A stretch of DNA of 64,000 nucleotides, from contig JAKFXK010000025.1 in the NCBI GenBank assembly GCA_021731445.1, positions 1,410 to 65,409 on the forward strand, in the 5' to 3' direction. The stretch comes from Nevskiaceae bacterium (GTDB taxonomy: Bacteria > Pseudomonadota > Gammaproteobacteria > Nevskiales > Nevskiaceae). Made by a program: the position numbers and the translations under genes. The notes beneath the pieces were generated by a model. The model did not search any database and was not told the DNA's origin. It was given only the letters and a program-made list of their open reading frames with translations. How positions within the stretch are numbered: the stretch's first letter is position 1; each line of letters starts with the position of its first letter. Shown piece by piece: positions 19,310 to 31,032 of the stretch.

Positions 19310-19634
19310 GGTCTGGTGGGCCGACCTGACTGACCCCGTCGGCTCCGGGCCGGGGCTGAAGCGGCCGGTGCTGGTGGTGCAGGCCAACCCCTTCAACGAG
19401 AGTCGCATTGCCACCGTGGTGGTGGCGGTCATCACCTCGAACCTGGGGTTGGCGCATTTCCCCGGCAACGTGCGGATTGGCAAGGCGGAATCCGGCCTGC
19501 CCAAGCCTTCGGTCGTCAACGTTTCGCAGTTGCTGACGGTGGATCGGAGTCTGTTGACAGGCAAGGTGAAAATGCTGCCTGCGTCCGGCCTGCAAAAGGT
19601 GGATGAGGGCATCAGGCTGGTGCTGGCTTTGTGA
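19296..19634 (+). CDS. mazF: PemK/MazF family endoribonuclease toxin
   Basis: RRGEVWWADL...GSGPGLKRPVLVVQ...ITSN...SGLPKPSVVNVSQLLTVDR. Confidence 0.92.
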   Translation: MRRGEVWWADLTDPVGSGPGLKRPVLVVQANPFNESRIATVVVAVITSNLGLAHFPGNVRIGKAESGLPKPSVVNVSQLLTVDRSLLTGKVKMLPASGLQKVDEGIRLVLAL

Positions 19635-19641
19635 GCGCGCG

Positions 19642-21044
<1,403 letters not shown>

Positions 21045-21045
<1 letters not shown>

Positions 21046-22637
21046 CAGGCTGGGGCAGGGGCGATGGGTGCAACGAAGGTGATGCGGAACACCGAACCGG
21101 CGGGTTCGCCAACGCGGTGGCCGAGTTTGGCCTGATTGTAGGCACACAGCTCGCGCGCCAGATAAAGCCCCAGGCCCGTGCCCTGTGCCTCGGTGGTGAA
21201 GAAGGGCTCGAACAATTGTTCAAGGGCTTCCGGCGGCACGCCTGGACCATCGTCAATCACTTCCAGCGCGCCGCCCTGCTGGTAGAGCGGGCGCGCGACC
21301 ACCCGCACGGTCAATGGGCGGTCAGTGCGGGCACCATGCAGCCAAGCGTTGTCGAGCAGATTGAACAGCACCTGTTGCAGATGATGCGGGTCGAAGCGCA
21401 CCGACAGGCCTGGTGCGCAGTCGATCACCGGTTGCCGCTCAGGATGGGCTTCGCGGTACTGCACGGCCATCTGCTGCAGCCAGGGCAGCAGCACGAACAC
21501 CTGCGGGTTGGCGGCACCGCGCGAGAGATCGAGCACGTCCTTGACGATGGTGTTGATGCGCGCGCCGTGGCGCTGGACGATGTCGATCAGCTTGCGGTCC
21601 TGCGCTTCGAGTGCGGGCGATTCCGCCAACAGTTGCCCCGCGTGGGTGATGGCGGAGAGCGGGTTGCGGATCTCGTGCGCGATGCTGGCACTCAAGCGCC
21701 CCAGGGCGGCGAGCTTGATCTGCTGCGCCTGGTCGCGGATGCGCGCGGCGTCTTCCAGCAGCACCAGCACCGACGCCTCAGCATCCGAATCCAGGCGCCG
21801 GAAGCGGGCGAGCAGTTCGCTGCCGCCGGGCTGCGCGGGCGCGATCGGCGGCTCGGGCGTCGCACTGCCCTCGCGCCAGCGCGCGAGGGCAGCCGCCACG
21901 CCGGGCGACACCAGTGCCAGCGTCCGCTCGCTGCCAGCCTCCAGCAGCTGGAGGGCGGCGGGGTTCAGCGCGCGGATCTGGTTTTTTGCGTCTACCACCA
22001 CCACGCCGGTCTGCATGGTGTCCAGCACCACCTCGTTGAGGCGCGACAGGTCGGCGTACTCGCTGCCCACCTGCCGCGCCAGCGCCTCGCTGGTGCGGGC
22101 GCGGCGGGCCACGGCGCTGGCGGCAGTGGCGGTGACGAAGAACATCACACCCAGCACACCGGTGGCGGTGAAGTCCGAAGGTGAGTAGAGAAACGGGAAC
22201 TGCCTAGCGATCTCCTGCCCGAACATGGCCAGGGTGCCGATCGCCGCCGCCAGCAGGCCGAGCCGCATCGACAGCAGCAGCCCGGTGCCAACTACCGAGG
22301 GCACCAGCAGCATTCCCAAACCGGCACTGACGCCGCCGCTGGCGTACACCAGGATGACGATGGCCACCGCATCCACCAGAAAATTGACGATGACCTGGGT
22401 GACGAGGCCCGGCCGCCGATACAGCGTCATCAGCACCAATGGCAATGCCAGCAAGGCATACGCGCGGCAGGCGCCGAAAAAAAGATCGGACAGCACCTGT
22501 TCGAACAGCTGAGCGATCGCTCCGCTTTCCTGCAAGGTCACCAGCAGCGTCACCAGCAGTAGCCGGTACAGCCCCAGCGATTGCAGCAGACGCCAGTCGT
22601 CTGCGACCAGCGAGGGTTTGGTTTTAGCGACTGCCAT
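21045..22637 (-). CDS. pilS: Sensor histidine kinase PilS
   Basis: Multi-TM N-terminus (LYRLLL), ASIAHEIRNPL H-box, DDGPGV, FEPFFTT, GTGLGL; likely start MAVAKT at 22637. Confidence 0.9.
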
Positions 22638-22845
22638 TGGCCTCGACGCACTGCTTGCAATTGCGGCGGATGGAGGCGATCTCGCTGGCCGGCACCCGTA
22701 CGCCGCAGCGATCGCAGCGCACCAGTTGCTCGGGGTCTGGCGTGAAGCCCCCGGGTGGCGGCGGGCCACGTTTGACGATGACGCCCTGCCACAGCCGCCA
22801 GGCGATGATGGCGAGCACGGCGAAAACAATCAGCTTGGTCAACAT
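22624..22845 (-). CDS. PP0621-like small membrane protein with Cys motifs
   Basis: MLTKLIVFAVLAIIAWRLW TM segment plus LVRCDRCGVRVP; the usual position upstream of pilS. Confidence 0.8.
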   Translation of the reverse strand: MLTKLIVFAVLAIIAWRLWQGVIVKRGPPPPGGFTPDPEQLVRCDRCGVRVPASEIASIRRNCKQCVEANGSR

Positions 22846-23006
22846 GCACCGGCGCCTTGACTTGATGGAGGGTGAAAGTCTACCCCGCAGGCCGGGCCGG
22901 GCTTTTGCGGCGAGACGGTCGCATAGGCGAGAATCGCGCCACTTTGCTTTAGATGCGAAGTCCAAAAAGCGTCACCCTTGAAGCAACACAAAGCCCCGGA
23001 GCATCC

Positions 23007-24173
23007 ATGAATCTTCACGAATACCAGGCGAAGGCCCTCTTCGCCCGTTACGGCATCGCGGTGCCCGAAGGCCGCCTTGCGACCAGCGCCGAGCAGGCGC
23101 GGGCAATGGCGAAAGAGCTCGGCGGCGACAAGTTCGTCGTCAAGGCGCAGGTGCATGCCGGTGGCCGTGGCAAGGCTGGCGGCGTCAAGCTGGTCGAGGG
23201 CTTCGATGCGGTGGAAGACGCTGCGCGCAAGATGATCGGCCAGAAGCTGGTCACCAAGCAGACCGATGCCAAGGGTCTGCCCATCAACAGTGTCTGGGTG
23301 GAAAAACCCAGTGCCATCGCCCGCGAGCTGTACGTGTCCGCACTGGTGGATCGCTCGCTCGAACGCATCATCTTCATGGCCAGTCCGGATGGCGGCATGG
23401 ACATCGAAGAAGTCGCCGAACATCACCCGGAGCGCATCAAAACCATCACCGTGCATCCAGCCGCCGGCTTGCAGCCGTTTCAGTGCCGTGAACTCGCCTT
23501 CTTCATGGACTTGACCAAGGAGCAATCCGAGCAGTTCACCAAGACGCTGATGGGCGTCTACAAGGTGCTGATCGAGTGCGATGCCTCGATGGTCGAGATC
23601 AACCCCATGATCGTCACCAAGGAGGGCAACATCTTCACCCTCGATGGCAAGCTCAACTTCGACGACAACGCCCTGTTCCGGCAGAAGGCGATTGCCGAGC
23701 AGCGTGACCTGGCACAGGAGGACGAGCGCGAGCGCGTCGCCCAGCAGTTCGACCTCAACTACGTCTCGCTCGACGGCAACATCGGCTGCATGGTCAACGG
23801 TGCGGGTCTCGCCATGGCGACCATGGACATCGTCAAGCTGCATGGCGGTGCGCCGGCCAACTTCCTCGACGTCGGCGGCGGTGCCACCACCGAGCGCGTC
23901 ACCAACGCCTTCAAGCTGATCACTTCCGCACCGGACGTAAAGGCGATCTTCGTCAATATCTTCGGCGGCATCGTCCGCTGCGACCTGATTGCGGAAGGCA
24001 TCATCGAGGCCACCAAGCAGGTCGGCCTCAAAATCCCCGTCGTCGCCCGCCTGCAAGGTACCAACATGGAAAAGGGCCGAGAGCTGCTCGAAAAGAGCGG
24101 GCTGAAAATCACGCCGGTTTCCGACCTCACCGAAGCGGCCAAGACCGTCGTCAAACTCGCCAAGGGCGGCTAA
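23007..24173 (+). CDS. sucC: Succinyl-CoA synthetase beta subunit
   Basis: MNLHEYQAK, KAQVHAGGRGKAGG, NGAGLAMATMD. Confidence 0.98.
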   Translation: MNLHEYQAKALFARYGIAVPEGRLATSAEQARAMAKELGGDKFVVKAQVHAGGRGKAGGVKLVEGFDAVEDAARKMIGQKLVTKQTDAKGLPINSVWVEKPSAIARELYVSALVDRSLERIIFMASPDGGMDIEEVAEHHPERIKTITVHPAAGLQPFQCRELAFFMDLTKEQSEQFTKTLMGVYKVLIECDASMVEINPMIVTKEGNIFTLDGKLNFDDNALFRQKAIAEQRDLAQEDERERVAQQFDLNYVSLDGNIGCMVNGAGLAMATMDIVKLHGGAPANFLDVGGGATTERVTNAFKLITSAPDVKAIFVNIFGGIVRCDLIAEGIIEATKQVGLKIPVVARLQGTNMEKGRELLEKSGLKITPVSDLTEAAKTVVKLAKGG

Positions 24174-24182
24174 GGAAAAACC

Positions 24183-25058
24183 ATGAGCATTCTCGTCAAC
24201 AAGAAAACCAAGCTCATCTGCCAGGGCTTCACCGGCAAGCAGGGCACCTTCCACTCCGAACAGTGCATCGCCTACGGCACCCAGATGGTTGGTGGCGTGT
24301 CGCCCGGCAAGGGCGGCGGCAAGCATCTGAACCTGCCGGTGTTCAACACCGCGCACGATGCCGTGAAGGCCACGGGTGCCGATGCCAGCATGATCTACGT
24401 GCCGGCTCCCGGCGCGGCAGAAGCGATCCTCGAAGCCGCCGATGCCGGCATCAAGATCATCGTCTGCATCACCGAGGGCATTCCGGTCAACGACATGGTC
24501 AAGGTCAAGGCGACCCTGCTCGCCGACTACCCGGATGCCCTGCTGATCGGCCCCAACTGCCCCGGCATCATCACCCCGGGCGAGTGCAAGATCGGCATCA
24601 TGCCCGGCCACATCCACAAGCCGGGCCGCATCGGCGTGGTGTCGCGCTCGGGCACGCTCACCTATGAAACCGTGCACCAGACCACCGCCAATGGCCTTGG
24701 CCAGTCGACCTGCGTCGGTATCGGCGGCGACCCCGTGCGCGGCATGGGCTTCATCGACGTGATCCGCATGTTCGAGGCCGACCCCGCTACCGAAGGCATC
24801 ATCATGGTCGGCGAGATCGGCGGTGCTTCGGAAGAAGAAGCGGCTGCCTACATCAAGAAAAGCGTCAAGAAGCCGGTCGTCGCCTACATCGCGGGCGTCA
24901 CTGCGCCTCCGGGCAAGCGCATGGGCCATGCGGGGGCCATCGTCAGCGGCGGCAAGGGCACGGCGGACGAGAAGTTCGCGGCGCTCGAAGCGGCGGGTGT
25001 GAAGACGGTGCGCAGTCCGGCCGACCTGGGCGCTGCGATGCTGTCGCTGATGAAGTAA
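24183..25058 (+). CDS. sucD: Succinyl-CoA synthetase alpha subunit
   Basis: [26 protein letters not shown]. Confidence 0.98.
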   Translation: MSILVNKKTKLICQGFTGKQGTFHSEQCIAYGTQMVGGVSPGKGGGKHLNLPVFNTAHDAVKATGADASMIYVPAPGAAEAILEAADAGIKIIVCITEGIPVNDMVKVKATLLADYPDALLIGPNCPGIITPGECKIGIMPGHIHKPGRIGVVSRSGTLTYETVHQTTANGLGQSTCVGIGGDPVRGMGFIDVIRMFEADPATEGIIMVGEIGGASEEEAAAYIKKSVKKPVVAYIAGVTAPPGKRMGHAGAIVSGGKGTADEKFAALEAAGVKTVRSPADLGAAMLSLMK

Positions 25059-25071
25059 ATCGGCTGCAACC

Positions 25072-25098
25072 AAAAGCCCGCCACCGGCGGGCTTTTTT
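25072..25098 (+). terminator. Rho-independent terminator after sucD
   Basis: AAAAGCCCGCC-ACC-GGCGGGCTTTTTT. Confidence 0.9.
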
Positions 25099-25113
25099 AT
25101 TTAGAGTGCGCGC

Positions 25114-26739
25114 ATGACGAAAACCCTCACCCTGGCCCTCGCCCAGCTCAATCTCTGGGTCGGCGACGTCGAAGGCAATGTCGGCAAGATCATCGCCGCC
25201 GCCCTCAAGGCGCGCGACGGGCTGAAGGCCGATCTCGTCGCCTGCTCGGAGCTGTCGCTGATCGGCTATCCGCCGGATGACCTGCTGCTGCGCTCGGGCC
25301 TGCCAAAATTGATCGAGGAGGGCATTCAGCGTCTGCTGGCCGAGGTGCATGGCATCACGCTGGTGGTCGGCCTGCCCGAGTACGAGCTGGGTCGCGTCGA
25401 TGGCGCGCTCTACAACGCGGCGTATGTGATCCGTGATGGCAGCGTCGTCGCGCGTTACCGCAAGCAGCAGCTCCCCAACTACGGCGTGTTCGATGAACGC
25501 CGCCACTTCAAGCCCGGCTTCTCGCCCTGCGTGTTCGAGCTGAAGGGCAAGCTGATCGGGCTCACCATCTGCGAGGACGCCTGGTTCTCGCAGCCCGCCT
25601 CGCAGGCGCGCGATGCCGGTGCGGAGCTCCTGCTCAACATCAATGCCTCGCCCTGGAACCGTGGCAAGCGCAGCGAGCGCGAGCGTGTGCTGGATGCGCG
25701 CGTCGCCGAAACCGGCTTGCCGATCGTCTACGTCAACTGCGTCGGCGGCCAGGACGAGGTGGTGTTCGATGGCAACTCGCAGGTGCTGCGCTCTGATGGC
25801 TCCGTTGCTTTTGCCGCGCCGCAGTTCGAGGAGGGCGTGTATGCGGTGACGATGAGAAACGGCCGCTTCGAGGGCGAAACCGCGACCTTGCTGGGTGACG
25901 AGGAGGAGACTTATGCCGCACTCGTCGTCGCCACCCGCGACTACGTGACCCGCAATGGTTTTCCCGGTGTCTTGATTGGTTTGAGCGGTGGCATCGACTC
26001 CGCACTGGTCGCCACCATCGCCGCCGATGCGCTCGGGGCCGACAAGGTCTGGGGCGTCTCCATGCCCAGCCGCTACACGCTCGACATGAGCAACGACGAT
26101 GCGCGTCTCGAGGCCGAGGCGCTCGGCATCCGCTACACCACGCTGCCCATAGAGCCTGCCTTTACCGCGTTCAGCGCCACTTTGGCCGAAACTTTTGCGG
26201 GCAAGAGAATCGACATCACGGAAGAAAACCTGCAATCGCGCTCACGCGGCGTGCTGCTGATGGCGCTGTCGAACAAGTTTGGACACATCGTGCTCACCAC
26301 CGGCAACAAGAGCGAGATGGCGGTGGGTTATGCCACGCTCTATGGCGACATGTGCGGCGGCTTTGCACCCATCAAGGATGTCTACAAGACACTCGTCTAC
26401 CGCCTGGCGCGCTACCGCAACACGATCTCGCTGGTGATTCCGGAACGCGTCATCATCCGTGCACCTTCAGCCGAGCTGCGCGAAAACCAGACTGACCAGG
26501 ATTCGCTGCCGCCGTACGAAATCCTCGACGCGATTCTCGAGGCCTACGTGGAGGACTCCCGCTCCATCGCCGAGATCGTTGCCGCCGGTTTCGAGGAGGC
26601 CACGGTGCGTCGTGTCGCGGGGCTGGTGCGCCGCAGTGAATACAAGCGCCGACAGGCCCCACCAGGGCCGAAAGTGACGCGTTGCGCGTTTGGGCGCGAG
26701 CGGCGATATCCGTTGACAGCGCTGTATGGTGACGTCTAG
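25114..26739 (+). CDS. nadE: Glutamine-dependent NAD+ synthetase
   Basis: Nitrilase-like N-domain (ICED), GLSGGIDS, TTGNKSE, PSAEL...QTDQDSLPPY, SEYKRRQ. Confidence 0.96.
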   Translation: MTKTLTLALAQLNLWVGDVEGNVGKIIAAALKARDGLKADLVACSELSLIGYPPDDLLLRSGLPKLIEEGIQRLLAEVHGITLVVGLPEYELGRVDGALYNAAYVIRDGSVVARYRKQQLPNYGVFDERRHFKPGFSPCVFELKGKLIGLTICEDAWFSQPASQARDAGAELLLNINASPWNRGKRSERERVLDARVAETGLPIVYVNCVGGQDEVVFDGNSQVLRSDGSVAFAAPQFEEGVYAVTMRNGRFEGETATLLGDEEETYAALVVATRDYVTRNGFPGVLIGLSGGIDSALVATIAADALGADKVWGVSMPSRYTLDMSNDDARLEAEALGIRYTTLPIEPAFTAFSATLAETFAGKRIDITEENLQSRSRGVLLMALSNKFGHIVLTTGNKSEMAVGYATLYGDMCGGFAPIKDVYKTLVYRLARYRNTISLVIPERVIIRAPSAELRENQTDQDSLPPYEILDAILEAYVEDSRSIAEIVAAGFEEATVRRVAGLVRRSEYKRRQAPPGPKVTRCAFGRERRYPLTALYGDV

Positions 26740-26778
26740 TCGCTGCGGGAATGATGCACAGCGATGATCGCTTGCTGA

Positions 26779-27972
26779 TCAGGGTGTCGTTGCGGGTTTT
26801 TCGCTGGGTGGCGGTGAGGCTGGCTCGCTGCTCGCAGGCTTTGGTGCCTCGCCTTCGCCAGTGTTGGATTCAAGGATGAGGCGCATGCTCTTCTTGCCGG
26901 GTTCGGCGTTCGCCGCAGGTTTGGCTTCCGCAGCGGGTGTGGCATTCGCATCCTCCGGGGCGGCGGCGGCTGGCGCGACAGCTGGTTGGCTGGAGGGAAT
27001 CACCAGTTCCAGTGGCTCCTTGTCACTGCGGTCGAGTCCGGAAAACATCCCGGCGATACGCGAGAAAACTCCCTTCGGCTGCCCGGTCGACGCGGGGGCA
27101 GTCCCAGCTGTCTTGAGCGGCGCTACCGCCAGTGTCATCTGCCCTTTCTGCGCGGCCAGGGTGCGATTGGCATCTTCGGCTTCCTGCTTCAGGCCCAGCT
27201 CGGTGTAGCTTCGGGCCAGGGTCTTGAGTGCCTTCATCGTGGCGGGTGCGCCGGGATACTGCGCAATCACCTGCTCGGCACGCTTGGCAGCGGCGAGCCA
27301 GGCGCCACGGCGGGTGTAGAAATCGACGACATGCATCTCGTTGCTGGCGATGCGGTTGCGCAAATCCATCATCCGCGCGCGGGCATCTTCGTTGTAGCGC
27401 GAGCTGGGATATTTCTGGATCAGCAGCGAGAACTCGTCATAGGCCTTGCGCAGGTTGCCCACGTCTTTCCTGCTCGGGTCCATCGGCAGCTCGTCGGCCA
27501 GGCCCTTGTCGCGCTCGGACTGGATCACGCCTTTCAGGTACTGCACGTAGTCGGCGCGCGGGTGGCGCGGGTGCTCCCGCAAAAAGCGGTCGGCGGCGGT
27601 GAGCGCCTCATCCGGTTTGTAGTCGCGGTTGAGCACGTAGATTTTTTCCAGCTCGCCTTGCGTCGCGTATTCGGTAAACGGATAGCGCTCGGCCAAGAGG
27701 TCGTAGCGCAGTGTCGCTTCGGTGAAGTCGGAGGATTCCAGGGCGCCACGGGCCACGCGGTACAATGTGTCGGCTTCGGCCTTGAGTTCCTGCTCGGTGA
27801 CAGCGGGCTTGTTGCCGGAGGGCGTATTGCGGTCTCCCTTGGCAAAGGGGTTTTTCGGTCGATAGCCCGGCTCTTTTTTATCGTTGCTGCTGCAAGCGGA
27901 GAGTCCGCCAGAAAGGGCCGCCACCGTCACCAACAGGGCCACGCCCAGTCTTGAAGTCAAGGACACAGTCAT
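26779..27972 (-). CDS. bamD: Outer membrane assembly lipoprotein BamD with a long C-terminal extension
   Basis: Lipobox LSAC, RYPFTEYA, HPRHPRADYVQYLKG, YPSSRY; divergent from rluD. Confidence 0.92.
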   Translation of the reverse strand: MTVSLTSRLGVALLVTVAALSGGLSACSSNDKKEPGYRPKNPFAKGDRNTPSGNKPAVTEQELKAEADTLYRVARGALESSDFTEATLRYDLLAERYPFTEYATQGELEKIYVLNRDYKPDEALTAADRFLREHPRHPRADYVQYLKGVIQSERDKGLADELPMDPSRKDVGNLRKAYDEFSLLIQKYPSSRYNEDARARMMDLRNRIASNEMHVVDFYTRRGAWLAAAKRAEQVIAQYPGAPATMKALKTLARSYTELGLKQEAEDANRTLAAQKGQMTLAVAPLKTAGTAPASTGQPKGVFSRIAGMFSGLDRSDKEPLELVIPSSQPAVAPAAAAPEDANATPAAEAKPAANAEPGKKSMRLILESNTGEGEAPKPASSEPASPPPSEKPATTP

Positions 27973-27984
27973 CGCTCACACGCC

Positions 27985-28992
27985 ATGCAGAAGTTGAAAA
28001 GCCAGTATAGCCCAGCCCCTGTCGCCGACCTGGACTCCGAAGCACCTCTGACTGCCGAGGTGCCGCCAGAGTTCGATGGCCTGCGTCTGGATGCCGCCGC
28101 GGCGCAGTTGTTCGATGCCCACTCGCGCTCGCGCATCAAGAGCTGGATCGAAGAAGGACGCGTCAGCCTGAACGGGGCGGTGTGCCTGTTGCCACGCCAG
28201 CCGGTGCGGCAGGGCGATGTGCTGGGACTAGTTGCGGAAGCTGCCGTCGAAGTGACTTTGAAGCCGCAAGACTTAGCACTCGACGTCGTGTTCGCGGACC
28301 GTCATCTGGTGGTCATCAACAAGCCTGCGGGGCTCACCGTGCATCCCGGTGCCGGCATCCCCGACGGCACCCTGCAAAACGCACTGCTGCATCACTGGCC
28401 GCACACGGCGGAGATTCCTCGTGCCGGTCTGGTGCATCGACTCGACAAGGACACCACCGGCCTGATGGTGGTCGCCCTCTCGGCGGCGGCGCACACACAC
28501 CTGTCGGCGATGATGGCCTCGCGCACAGTGCATCGGGAATACGACGCGCTGGTCAACGGCCTGCTGGTATCCGGCGGCACGGTGAATGAGCCGATTGCGA
28601 GACACCCGCGCGACCGCGTGAAAATGGCCGTCGTCATGGGTGGCCGCGAGGCAGTAACGCACTATCGGGTTGCCGAACGCTTCGACTGGCACACCCTGCT
28701 GCGGGTGCAGCTGGAGACGGGGCGCACGCACCAGATCCGCGTGCATCTCGCGCACCTCAAATACCCGGTGGCAGGGGATGCCGTATATGGCGGCGACGTG
28801 TTGCGCGCACGTGGTGCGAGTGCGGCGCTGCGTCAGGCGGTGGGCGCGTTCCGCCGGCAGGCGCTGCACGCGGCGGCCTTGAGTTTTTCGCATCCGGTCA
28901 CTGCTGCGCCGCTGGCATTCACCGCGCCGCGACCTGCGGATTTCGATGGCCTGCTGAGCGTGCTGCGGCAGGAGCGCACGCTGCTGGCATGA
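27985..28992 (+). CDS. rluD: 23S rRNA pseudouridine synthase RluD
   Basis: S4-like N-terminus, NKPAGLTVHPGAG, HRLDKDTTG, LETGRTHQIRVH. Confidence 0.95.
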   Translation: MQKLKSQYSPAPVADLDSEAPLTAEVPPEFDGLRLDAAAAQLFDAHSRSRIKSWIEEGRVSLNGAVCLLPRQPVRQGDVLGLVAEAAVEVTLKPQDLALDVVFADRHLVVINKPAGLTVHPGAGIPDGTLQNALLHHWPHTAEIPRAGLVHRLDKDTTGLMVVALSAAAHTHLSAMMASRTVHREYDALVNGLLVSGGTVNEPIARHPRDRVKMAVVMGGREAVTHYRVAERFDWHTLLRVQLETGRTHQIRVHLAHLKYPVAGDAVYGGDVLRARGASAALRQAVGAFRRQALHAAALSFSHPVTAAPLAFTAPRPADFDGLLSVLRQERTLLA

Positions 28993-29714
28993 AACTGCTG
29001 CTGCCGGATTGGCCCGCGCCAGCCCATGTGCAGGCACTGGTCTCCACCCGCGAAGGGGGTGTCAGTCGTGGCAGCTATGCCAGCCTCAATCTCGGCAGCC
29101 ATGTCGGTGACGATGCGGCGGCGGTTGCTGAAAATCGCCGTCGTTTCAGTGCCGCAGCGGGTCTTGCCTGCGCGCCTGCCTGGCTCGATCAGGTGCATGG
29201 CTGCGACGTGGTGATGGCCGGTGTCGTGGCCGTCGCCGATGCCTGCTGGACGATGACTCCCGAACTGCCCTGCGCGGTGCTGACTGCCGACTGCCTGCCG
29301 GTGCTGTTCACCGACCGCGATGGCAGCTGCGTCGCCGCCGCCCATGCCGGCTGGCGTGGGCTGGCGGCGGGCGTGCTGGAGGCGACGATCCATGCACTGC
29401 CCGCCAAGCCTGCACAGCTCATGGCCTGGCTCGGCCCCGCCATTGGCCCGCTGGCGTTTCAGGTGGGCGACGAGGTGCGCGCCGTCTTCGTTGCACAAGC
29501 ACCGGAGGATGCCGATGCCTTCGTCCCGGACGGTGATCGCTGGCGGGCCGACCTGTTCGCGCTGGCAAGGGCAAGGCTCAGGCGCTGCGGCGTATTGGCG
29601 ATATACGGCGGTGGGCTTTGCACGTTGACCGACAGTGCGGCTTTTTTCTCGCACCGCAGAGATGGCGTCAGCGGCCGCTTTGCGAGCCTGATCCAGCTCG
29701 CCCAAAAAGACTAA
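28989..29714 (+). CDS. pgeF: Peptidoglycan editing factor PgeF (YfiH)
   Basis: QVHG, TADCLPV, AHAGWRGL, FFSHRRDG. Confidence 0.95.
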   Translation: MKLLLPDWPAPAHVQALVSTREGGVSRGSYASLNLGSHVGDDAAAVAENRRRFSAAAGLACAPAWLDQVHGCDVVMAGVVAVADACWTMTPELPCAVLTADCLPVLFTDRDGSCVAAAHAGWRGLAAGVLEATIHALPAKPAQLMAWLGPAIGPLAFQVGDEVRAVFVAQAPEDADAFVPDGDRWRADLFALARARLRRCGVLAIYGGGLCTLTDSAAFFSHRRDGVSGRFASLIQLAQKD

Positions 29715-29854
29715 GGCGGCGCGTTCGCAATTGAAGGGCGAGCGTGTAACATCCTGCAGGCAGGGTCAGCACAAGCTGACGAAGAGGAGACCGGCGCGCA
29801 CGCGGCGGCTTAAAACAACATCAGGCTGAGTCCATCAGGCAAGGTGACATCCAT

Positions 29855-30955
29855 ATGAAGAATCCGCAGTTGAAGACGCTCACGGCCGCCGCCGCGCTGC
29901 TGGCCCTGGCGGGCATCAGCCCTTGGCTTTCTGCGCAGGAGGGCGAGGCAGCACCCACCGAAGAAGCAGCCCCGGCGGAAGAAACCGCCCCGGCGGAAGA
30001 ACGCGCCGCCGAGGCCCCCGCCGCCGCTCCTGCTGCGCCGATCAAGCCACGGCCTTCCGAAATCCTCGCACTGACCTCCAAGGGCCTGATGCTGGATGTG
30101 GTCAACACCGGCAAGCACCTGATCGCGGTGGGTGATCGCGGCACGGTGATCGTCTCCAACAATGGTGCCGACTGGGCGCAGGTGCAGGTGCCGGTGCGCT
30201 CGCCGCTTACAGCCGTCAGCTTTGCCGATGAAATGAACGGCTGGATCGTTGGCCACGATGCCGTCATCCTCGCCACCAAGGACGGCGGCAAGAGCTGGGC
30301 GATGCAGAATTTCGCGCCCGAACTCGAAAAACCCTTTCTCGATGTGATCGCACTCGATGCCAGCAATGTGCTGGCCTTTGGGGCTTACGGCCTGCTGTAC
30401 AAGACCAGCGATGGCGGCACCACCTGGGCAATGGCCGAGGCGCCGGAAATCCGCGCCGACGAACTCCATTTCAACGGCGTCAACAAACTCGCCAACGGCA
30501 GTGTGCTGGCCGTGGGCGAGCAAGGCATGCTGGGCCTGAGCACCGATGGGGGTGCGACCTGGACCAAACTCGCTTCGCCCTACGATGGCTCGTATTACGG
30601 CGCCCTGCCGCTTGGCGAGGCTGGTGCTGTGGTGTATGGCCTGCGCGGCAACGTCTACAAGACCACGGATGTCGTCAAAGGCCCGTGGGTGCAGGTGCAA
30701 ACCAACACGGTCGCGTCTTTTTTCGGGGCGACTGCATTGCCGGATGGCGGCGTGGCACTGGTCGGCCTGGCTGGCGCGGTGCTCAAGCTGGACGCTTCCG
30801 ACAACGCGACCAAGCTGCGCGTGAAAGTGCGCGGCAAGGATGCCCTGGGCCGCGAACTGGACAAGGATGTGACCGGCAGCTTCTCCTCTGCAGCGCCTTT
30901 CGCCGGTGGCCTGCTGGTGGTGGGCGAACAAGGCGTGCAGAGCCTCAAGCTCTGA
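29855..30955 (+). CDS. Exported YCF48/BNR-repeat beta-propeller protein
   Basis: Signal peptide, EEAAPA-type repeats, several S/TxDGGxxW Asp-boxes; upstream of an MMPL gene. Confidence 0.88.
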   Translation: MKNPQLKTLTAAAALLALAGISPWLSAQEGEAAPTEEAAPAEETAPAEERAAEAPAAAPAAPIKPRPSEILALTSKGLMLDVVNTGKHLIAVGDRGTVIVSNNGADWAQVQVPVRSPLTAVSFADEMNGWIVGHDAVILATKDGGKSWAMQNFAPELEKPFLDVIALDASNVLAFGAYGLLYKTSDGGTTWAMAEAPEIRADELHFNGVNKLANGSVLAVGEQGMLGLSTDGGATWTKLASPYDGSYYGALPLGEAGAVVYGLRGNVYKTTDVVKGPWVQVQTNTVASFFGATALPDGGVALVGLAGAVLKLDASDNATKLRVKVRGKDALGRELDKDVTGSFSSAAPFAGGLLVVGEQGVQSLKL

Positions 30956-31032
30956 TCCGCCGACCAAGCCATAGATAAGACAGCCGCGCCTTCAAGCGGC
31001 AAGCAAGCACTACAGATTGGGAGAGTCGCACC

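Noticed and set aside
29960-30010. 18-bp tandem repeats in the YCF48 gene
   Set aside because: Low-complexity EEAAPA linker coding sequence, not a CRISPR or regulatory array.
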